Assembly: GCA_044433245.1 (NCBI GenBank)
Contig: JAWXTV010000002.1
Location: forward strand, 1 to 45,312
DNA: 45,312 nucleotides
Direction: 5' to 3'
Origin: Psittacicella sp.
GTDB taxonomy: Bacteria; Pseudomonadota; Gammaproteobacteria; Enterobacterales; JAWXTV01
Part shown: positions 39,743 through 45,312 of the stretch, in pieces
How the letters are laid out: the number at the start of each line of letters is the position of its first letter
Numbering within the stretch: position 1 is the first letter of the stretch
Position numbers and translations under genes: made by a program
Notes under the pieces: model-generated
The model's input: the letters and a program-made list of their open reading frames with translations, nothing else
Database searches by the model: none
What the model was told of the DNA's origin: nothing

Positions 39743-42388
39743 ATGAGCAATTTATCTGAATCTATTTTGTTAGTTGATGGATCTTCTTATCTTTATCGAT
39801 CCTTTTTTGCCATGCCTGCACTTACAAATCCAAAAGGTGAACCAATTGGAGCTATATATGGCTGTATAAAAATGATCTTAAGTGTCATTAATAATTTAGA
39901 GTCTAAATATTGCTCTATAGTATTTGATGGACCTAAAAAAACTTTTAGACACGAGCTTTATAAAGAATATAAAGCCACAAGAGAATCAGCTCCAAATGAC
40001 TTAGTTTTTCAAATTCAGCCCATTAAAGATATTTTAGTATCTCTTGGACTTAAAGTTATAACATCAGATGGAGTTGAAGCTGATGATACTATAGGTTCTA
40101 TTGCTACATCAATGCAATCTTTATATCAAAAAGATATTATTATAGCAACAAGCGATAAAGATATATCTCAACTTATTAATGAACATATTTCTATTCTAGA
40201 TACCAAAAAAGATAAAATAATATTTCAATCAATAAATGAAACTACAGAAAAGTTTGGTGTAGGACCTAAATATATAGCAGACTACCTAGCTTTATGCGGG
40301 GATAGTTCTGATAATATTCCTGGCGTTAAAGGCATTGGCCCTAAAGCAGCTAGCGCTTTAATTAGCAAGTATGGCTCTATAGAATCTATATATCAAAATA
40401 TAGAGGATATACTAGAAAGTGATATAAGAGCTAAAAAATCAATCTATAATAACTTAAATCTTTACAAAGAAGATTGTTTTATATCAAAACAATTAACTAT
40501 TATAAAAACTGATATTGAGTATGATTTTAATCTTAAAAGCTATCTAATAAAAGAAGTAAATTTAGAAAACCTATCTAAACTATCCAATGAATTTGGACTT
40601 AATAAACTTCTATACAGCTATTTAAAAGACTATAAAGATAATTCAGAAGAAACTCAAAAAATAGATTATACCTACAAAATAATCAATTCAAACAAAATTG
40701 ATAGTTTAAAACATATTTTAGATAAAATAAGCTCTCAAAATATATATTTTCAAATTCAAAATAATATCTATACCATAAATATAGTCAGCAAAACTCACAA
40801 CATAGTAATAGATCTAAGTGAATGTGAATCTAATATAGAAAAAGAAATTGAAATCATCTTAGACTATCTTTTAGAGGTTAAAGCTAAAAACAAACTAAGC
40901 TTTGCTACTTATAATTTAAAAGAGCTATTTCATAAAACATCTCTTGCTAAAAAAATATCAGATATTATAGATTTTGATATACTTCTTGGAGCTTATATTA
41001 TTGAATCAAACTCTATATTTAACTTAGAATTCTTATCTCAAAAATACTTACAACTTGACTTAGAGTTTAACGAAGAAGCCCATGATAAATATTTAAACTT
41101 CTCAAAAGAATCTATTCATTGCCTTAAACTTACAGAAGTTTTAAAAGCTAGACTTAAAAATAATCCTGAGCTTGCAAATATTCTTTATAATATCGAGATA
41201 CCTTTGAGTTATATTTTATACAATATGGAAAAAAATGGTGTATATATAGATACCAAAGAGCTTAATGAACAAAGTAAATACTTAGAAAGTGAGCTTAAAA
41301 AAATTGAAGAAGAAATCCACTTAATAGCTGGAGAGGAATTTAATATTTCATCACCAAAACAACTTAGCGATATTTTATTTACAAAACTTCTAATTAAACC
41401 TATTAAAAAAACTAAAACAGGGGCTTACTCAACAAATGAAGAGGTTCTTGAAGAGCTTGCTAAGGAGCATGAAATAGCATCTCTTTTATTAAACTATAGA
41501 AGTCTTTTTAAATTAAAAACAACTTACACAGATAAACTTCCCTTATTAATTGATTGTAAAGGCAGAGTTCATACAACCTACAATCAAACAGGTACTATAA
41601 CCGGAAGACTTTCCTCTAATAACCCTAATTTACAAAATATTCCAATAAAAACAGAATTAGGGTCTAAGATAAGAGGAGCTTTTAAAGCTCAGAATAATAA
41701 TGTTATTATTTCAGCTGATTATTCTCAAATTGAATTAAGAGTTATGGCTCACTTATCTCAAGATAAGAATATGATGAAAGCTTTTAATAATAATATAGAT
41801 ATACACACCTTAACTGCAAGCGAAGTTCTTGAAAAAAATATTTCAAAAGTATCAAAAGATGAAAGGCGATCTGCAAAAGCAATTAACTTTGGGCTTATTT
41901 ATGGTATGGGCTCCCTTGGCTTATCTAAAGCTCTTCAAATATCCCAAGATGAAGCTAAAAAATATATGAACACCTACTTTGAAAAATACAAGGGAGTTGG
42001 AGAGTATATGGCTAAAACATCAAAAGAAGCTAGTAAAAATGGCTTTGTAAATACAATTCTTGGAAGAAAAATCTTGCTACCTAAAATAAACTCAAGAAAT
42101 ATGAGCGAAGTAAGAGCCTCTTTAAGAGTTGCAATAAATGCTCCTGTTCAAGGAAGCGCTGCTGATATTATAAAACTTGCTATGCTTCACACTTTTAATA
42201 AAATTAAAAATAAAGATGATATCAAGCTTCTTTTACAAGTTCATGATGAATTAATATTTGAAGTACATAAAGATAAAAAGGAGGAATATCTAAAATTAGT
42301 TAAAGATATTATGGAAAATGCCTTTATGCTTTTAATTCCTCTTATAGCAGAAGCAGATTCTGGAGAAAGTTGGAAAGAGGCTCATTAA
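39743..42388 (+). CDS. polA: DNA polymerase I
   Basis: 881 aa. It has a 5' nuclease domain (GVEADD, SGDSSDNIPGVKGIGPK) and polymerase motifs A (DYSQIELR), B (RRSAKAINFGLIYG) and C (QVHDE). Confidence 0.97.
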   Translation: MSNLSESILLVDGSSYLYRSFFAMPALTNPKGEPIGAIYGCIKMILSVINNLESKYCSIVFDGPKKTFRHELYKEYKATRESAPNDLVFQIQPIKDILVSLGLKVITSDGVEADDTIGSIATSMQSLYQKDIIIATSDKDISQLINEHISILDTKKDKIIFQSINETTEKFGVGPKYIADYLALCGDSSDNIPGVKGIGPKAASALISKYGSIESIYQNIEDILESDIRAKKSIYNNLNLYKEDCFISKQLTIIKTDIEYDFNLKSYLIKEVNLENLSKLSNEFGLNKLLYSYLKDYKDNSEETQKIDYTYKIINSNKIDSLKHILDKISSQNIYFQIQNNIYTINIVSKTHNIVIDLSECESNIEKEIEIILDYLLEVKAKNKLSFATYNLKELFHKTSLAKKISDIIDFDILLGAYIIESNSIFNLEFLSQKYLQLDLEFNEEAHDKYLNFSKESIHCLKLTEVLKARLKNNPELANILYNIEIPLSYILYNMEKNGVYIDTKELNEQSKYLESELKKIEEEIHLIAGEEFNISSPKQLSDILFTKLLIKPIKKTKTGAYSTNEEVLEELAKEHEIASLLLNYRSLFKLKTTYTDKLPLLIDCKGRVHTTYNQTGTITGRLSSNNPNLQNIPIKTELGSKIRGAFKAQNNNVIISADYSQIELRVMAHLSQDKNMMKAFNNNIDIHTLTASEVLEKNISKVSKDERRSAKAINFGLIYGMGSLGLSKALQISQDEAKKYMNTYFEKYKGVGEYMAKTSKEASKNGFVNTILGRKILLPKINSRNMSEVRASLRVAINAPVQGSAADIIKLAMLHTFNKIKNKDDIKLLLQVHDELIFEVHKDKKEEYLKLVKDIMENAFMLLIPLIAEADSGESWKEAH

Positions 42389-42416
42389 CTTTAAATTACA
42401 ATTTAATAAAACTATA

Positions 42417-42444
42417 AAAAGAGGATTATAAATATCCTCTTTTT
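42417..42444. terminator. Bidirectional terminator between polA and the SDR gene
   Basis: 10-bp stem, aaaagaggat pairing with atcctctttt, with a 7-nt loop and T-runs on both strands. Confidence 0.8.
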
Positions 42445-42452
42445 ATTTAAAA

Positions 42453-43247
42453 TTATTTTATAATTTCTTCAGTAATCTCAATTAAGTGATCTATTTTATC
42501 TAAATCATAAGCATCTATATGAGCTTGGGAAAACTTACCTCTTTTCTCACCCAAATCATTATCAAAATAAAGTCCTGTTGAATCTTTAAACTCATCACTC
42601 AAAGCAAGATCTACAATTATAGAGCTACCCTTATCACTTTTAGACCAAATTTGTTTATAGGCTCCAAAAGCAAGTTTTGTATCAAGTAAAGAGCCCGGAT
42701 TTAAAGCAATAGAGATAATATTTGGATACTTTTTAGCAAAATAAGTATTCCACATTGTAAGCGCTAATTTAGATTGAGCATAAGCTTTATTATCATTAGT
42801 TTCAGAAGCTAAAATCATAGACTCTAAATCAACACTACTTTGAGCTGCTGAACTTAAATTTATAATTCTTGGAGCAAAAGATTTTTCTAAAACAGGAAGA
42901 ATTAAGTTAGTTAACAGATATGCTGCTAAATAGTTAACCCTAAATCTAAGATCTATTGAGCAATCATCTTTTCCATTAAATATTCCAGCATTGTTTACAA
43001 GAATATCTAGCCTATCAAGTTTTAAAACTTCTAAAGCCATATCTTGAACACTTTTTAGGTTAGAAAAATCAGCTATAAAATATCCAGGTCTAACTCCAGT
43101 TAAAGCTTCTATTTCATTACACACTTCAAGTATTTTTTTTTCATTTCTTCCATGTAAAAAAATATTATGACCAAGTTTTGCAAAAGCTATAGCACTTTCT
43201 TTTCCAATGCCATCTGTAGATCCTGTAACTAAAATATTCTTTTTCAT
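42453..43247 (-). CDS. Short-chain dehydrogenase/reductase (SDR) family oxidoreductase
   Basis: 264 aa, with the cofactor motif VTGSTDGIGKE, NNAG, and the catalytic YAQSK. Confidence 0.85.
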   Translation of the reverse strand: MKKNILVTGSTDGIGKESAIAFAKLGHNIFLHGRNEKKILEVCNEIEALTGVRPGYFIADFSNLKSVQDMALEVLKLDRLDILVNNAGIFNGKDDCSIDLRFRVNYLAAYLLTNLILPVLEKSFAPRIINLSSAAQSSVDLESMILASETNDNKAYAQSKLALTMWNTYFAKKYPNIISIALNPGSLLDTKLAFGAYKQIWSKSDKGSSIIVDLALSDEFKDSTGLYFDNDLGEKRGKFSQAHIDAYDLDKIDHLIEITEEIIK

Positions 43248-43365
43248 CTAAATTTTCCCTTTACTTGATTATAAAACTCTTACTTTATTTAAACTTTGCT
43301 AAACCTTAAGCAATATCATAACTTAATAGCCATTTAAATTTAATAACTATTATAAGAAAACAGAA

Positions 43366-43884
43366 TCAATAATTTATTGATAAAATTCCCAATTTTAAAA
43401 GAATGTATAAAGCAGAAACTAAAATACTTACAGAAATAATAGCTGATTCATGTTTGCCGCTATTCCATAAATAAAGAGCAAATTTAGTAGACTTTGGAAG
43501 CAAAAATGGAATACCTTGCTTATTTGGAAAATCACCTAATAAATGCACAATGCCACCAAAAGCATATCCATATCCCAAGCAGCATAGATACTGTATTAAA
43601 ATACTATAATTAAACCCTCCCCAAAATGAAAAAGATCTAATTGAAATATCAAAACTTAGAAAAACTAAAACCCACATTAATACCCAATGAGTTATAGTTC
43701 TATGAGGAATTATTGTTCCCCCACCCTTTTTTCTGAGTTCTAGATAATCAGGAGCTTTTGCCCCTAATATACAAGTTACAGCTGCAGAAATTGCAAAAAA
43801 TGAATTATTTGTTAAAAGCCATATATTTAAAATAACAGCAGTACTAAAAGCTATTCCAGTTTTTAGGTGTCCAGATCCGGTCAT
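43366..43884 (-). CDS. YdjM/DUF457-like membrane-bound metal-dependent hydrolase
   Basis: 172 aa, multi-TM. It has conserved His/Asp patches (GSGH near the N-terminus, APDYLE, PHRTITHW, VHLLGD) typical of this family. Confidence 0.6.
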   Translation of the reverse strand: MTGSGHLKTGIAFSTAVILNIWLLTNNSFFAISAAVTCILGAKAPDYLELRKKGGGTIIPHRTITHWVLMWVLVFLSFDISIRSFSFWGGFNYSILIQYLCCLGYGYAFGGIVHLLGDFPNKQGIPFLLPKSTKFALYLWNSGKHESAIISVSILVSALYILLKLGILSINY

Positions 43885-43939
43885 GCCACTTATTTTTTTA
43901 AAGTTAATTTTGCAAATATTATAACAAACTTTTTAATAA

Positions 43940-44419
43940 CTAGATTAAAAATAGATTTGGGTATTTAACTAAAATTAAATTACATAGTTCCTCTAAATAT
44001 TTTGCATCAATCTCATCAAAATAAGAATACTTATCTGAATCTATATCCAAAACTCCAACAACTTCATTATTAATGCTAATAGGAACTACAATCTCAGATT
44101 TAGACAAAGATGAACAAGCTATGTGATTTGGATGATCATCTACATTTTTAACAATCTGAAGATTTTTATTTTTCCAAACTTCTCCACATACTCCTTTACC
44201 AAAAGCTATTTTAGTACAAGCTAAAGGTCCGCTAAAAATATTTAGCACTAAAGAGTTTATTTTTTTATCAATTCTGTAAAATCCAGTCCAGAAAAATCCA
44301 AGCTCATCCTGCAGTAAAGCTGTTATATTACCAAGATTTGCAGTTAAGTCATCTTCATGCTTTAAAAGACCTTTTACCTGAGAAAGTATAGAAGTATATT
44401 TATTTTCTTTTGAGCTCAT
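43940..44419 (-). CDS. msrC: GAF-domain protein, YebR/MsrC-like free methionine-(R)-sulfoxide reductase
   Basis: 159 aa. WTGFYRI..., GPLACTKIAFGKGVCGEVW, HIACSSLSKSEIVVPI and VGVLDIDS are colinear with E. coli YebR. Confidence 0.8.
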   Translation of the reverse strand: MSSKENKYTSILSQVKGLLKHEDDLTANLGNITALLQDELGFFWTGFYRIDKKINSLVLNIFSGPLACTKIAFGKGVCGEVWKNKNLQIVKNVDDHPNHIACSSLSKSEIVVPISINNEVVGVLDIDSDKYSYFDEIDAKYLEELCNLILVKYPNLFLI

Positions 44420-44644
44420 TTAATTAACCTTATATTAAAATTTTATTATATTTTTAATATAAGACTAATTTAATCTTAAAGATAGAACTTATTTTAAATG
44501 CACAAAGAAAAGACATCTATTAGGGCTATAATAATTACGCCTTTCTTACTTAATAGCTGATATGGATCTGAGCTATTTATATACTTTCTATGCAAAAAAA
44601 TTTAAAAATTTCATAATTTTTTTTACCTTATAATTTTATTATAA

Positions 44645-44790
44645 TTACCATCAACCTCTAACTTGCCCAAGTGTATACGCATAATAAGTCACTTGAGAAA
44701 CTATGTGATACCTGTATGGTTGCATTTCCTACTTTAGAGATATTTGATACAAAAGCTGAATACTATAGCTAACGCTATTAAGCTTATTTT
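44645..44790 (-). pseudogene. Frameshifted remnant paralogous to the C-terminus of the gene entering at the right window edge
   Basis: On the minus strand, tac act tgg gca ag- tta gag gtt gat ggt aat tat aligns codon by codon with tac acg gcc agg cta agg gtt ggt ggt aac ttt taa at 45312-45277. That gives YTWA-LEVDGNY against YTARLRVGGNF*, with 4 synonymous differences, one 3-nt insertion and one 1-nt deletion. A 36-codon open stretch (YSAFVSNISKVGNATIQVSHSFSSDLLCVYTWAS) precedes it. Confidence 0.4.
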
Positions 44791-44884
44791 AAATTTAGAA
44801 ATTATCATTAATAAAATTTCTTTTATTTAATAAAAAAACTTATTTAATACATTAGCACCAAGAAATTAGCATATATTATACATC

Positions 44885-44922
44885 TTAAATAAAAGGCTAT
44901 TTAGCTATATACTAGATAGCCT
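44885..44922 (-). terminator. Candidate terminator of the 86-aa membrane protein gene
   Basis: The minus strand has stem aggctat(c)tag pairing with cta(a)atagcct (10 bp with one mismatch), followed by tttattt. Confidence 0.5.
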
Positions 44923-44960
44923 AAAAATTATAATTTATAAGTTTAAAATTCTATTAAATC

Positions 44961-45221
44961 TTAAGCTAAAAATGCAAGATACTTATCAAAAGAAGGTGTT
45001 CTAATAAGATATCTATAAGTCATAGCTGATACTAGACCTGTTAAACCTGAAAATACTAATCCATTAACAGTATTAAAATTAAGCACCCAAGGAACTGCTA
45101 TAGCTAAAGCTAAAGTTACTATATCAACTGAAGCTGCAATAAGCTTACCTTTTTTGCTTAATCTATTAAGTGGATCCAAATAATATAAATAATAATGAAC
45201 TAAAGTTTGTAGTACTTTCAT
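44961..45221 (-). CDS. Small membrane protein of unknown function
   Basis: 86 aa. There is a strong SD sequence (AAGGAG, 8 nt upstream of the ATG) and two hydrophobic stretches (LIAASVDIVTLALAIAVPWVL, GLVFSGLTGLVSAM). I recognised no family. Confidence 0.6.
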   Translation of the reverse strand: MKVLQTLVHYYLYYLDPLNRLSKKGKLIAASVDIVTLALAIAVPWVLNFNTVNGLVFSGLTGLVSAMTYRYLIRTPSFDKYLAFLA

Positions 45222-45276
45222 AACACTTACTCCTTATATAATTTTATAATTCGAAAATTTTATAAATTAATAAAAT

Positions 45277-45312
45277 TTAAAAGTTACCACCAACCCTTAG
45301 CCTGGCCGTGTA
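45277..45312 (-). CDS. Probable 3' end (last 11 codons plus stop) of a gene truncated by the window edge
   Basis: The minus-strand frame reads ...YTARLRVGGNF* with TAA at 45279-45277. The composition is locally GC-rich compared with the AT-rich spacer that follows. The coding interpretation is supported by the synonymous-substitution pattern against the copy at 44645-44680. A second frame (…HGQAKGWW*) is also open, so the frame call is not certain. Confidence 0.4.
   Translation of the reverse strand, partial: YTARLRVGGNF

Noticed and set aside
43885-43939. LexA box upstream of the YdjM-like gene (ydjM is SOS-regulated in E. coli)
   Set aside because: There is no CTGT-N8-ACAG motif. Only a TATAAT -10-like hexamer (43918-43923, minus strand) is visible.
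45284-45312. Considered that the GC-rich window end (..agcctggccgtgta) is the start of a 5S rRNA, a tRNA or an IS inverted repeat
   Set aside because: The internal copy at 44645-44760 does not continue into 5S-like (..gaactcagaagtgaaac..) or tRNA D-arm sequence. The two copies differ in a codon-wise synonymous pattern on the minus strand, which fits coding sequence better.

Overview
Gene-dense, very AT-rich window (about 30% GC or lower, judged by eye and not computed). Its gene order is the kind seen in gammaproteobacterial core genomes. From left to right:

- **Left end to 9,972:** the start of the S10 ribosomal operon (rpsJ-rplC, minus strand), an AEC-type permease, a thrU-tyrU-glyT-thrT-like tRNA cluster, engB-proS, typA-folA, and efp next to epmB-ygfZ.
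- **9,975-18,047:** a long co-directional string, rpsU-(dnaG fragment)-dnaG-rpoD-alaS-csrA-galU.
- **18,226-31,789:** tsaD-tdk, pfkA, an orphan glycosyltransferase-like gene, dusA, tkt, an MFS transporter, asnC-udp, class I aldolase, and glmU-rpe-trpS.
- **32,064-45,221:** glnA with a truncated NirB-like flavoprotein, a DedA protein, an ATP-grasp protein, gapA, tolC-polA, an SDR, a YdjM-like hydrolase, a GAF/MsrC protein and a small membrane protein.

I found no CRISPR array, transposase, integrase, phage gene or recognisable defence system. I do not think the window contains a convincing new multi-gene system. The observations most worth a second look are:

1. A decayed duplicate of the dnaG zinc-ribbon 5' end lies between rpsU and dnaG.
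2. A 48-codon csrA is missing from the ORF track. It is C-terminally truncated, divergent at RNA-contact positions, and its stop overlaps the galU start.
3. The last 36 nt of the window look like the 3' end of a minus-strand gene ending ...RLRVGGNF. A frameshifted paralogous remnant of that same C-terminus sits in the 540-nt gap upstream of msrC.
4. PolA has a 3'-5' exonuclease domain whose catalytic acidic residues appear to be replaced.
5. A terminator-bounded block holds DedA, a candidate 39-aa membrane peptide and an uncharacterised ATP-grasp protein.
6. A tRNA cluster that normally precedes tufB is juxtaposed with rpsJ, which normally follows tufA, and no tuf gene is present.

All functional calls come from motif and family recognition by eye. 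No database search was run.
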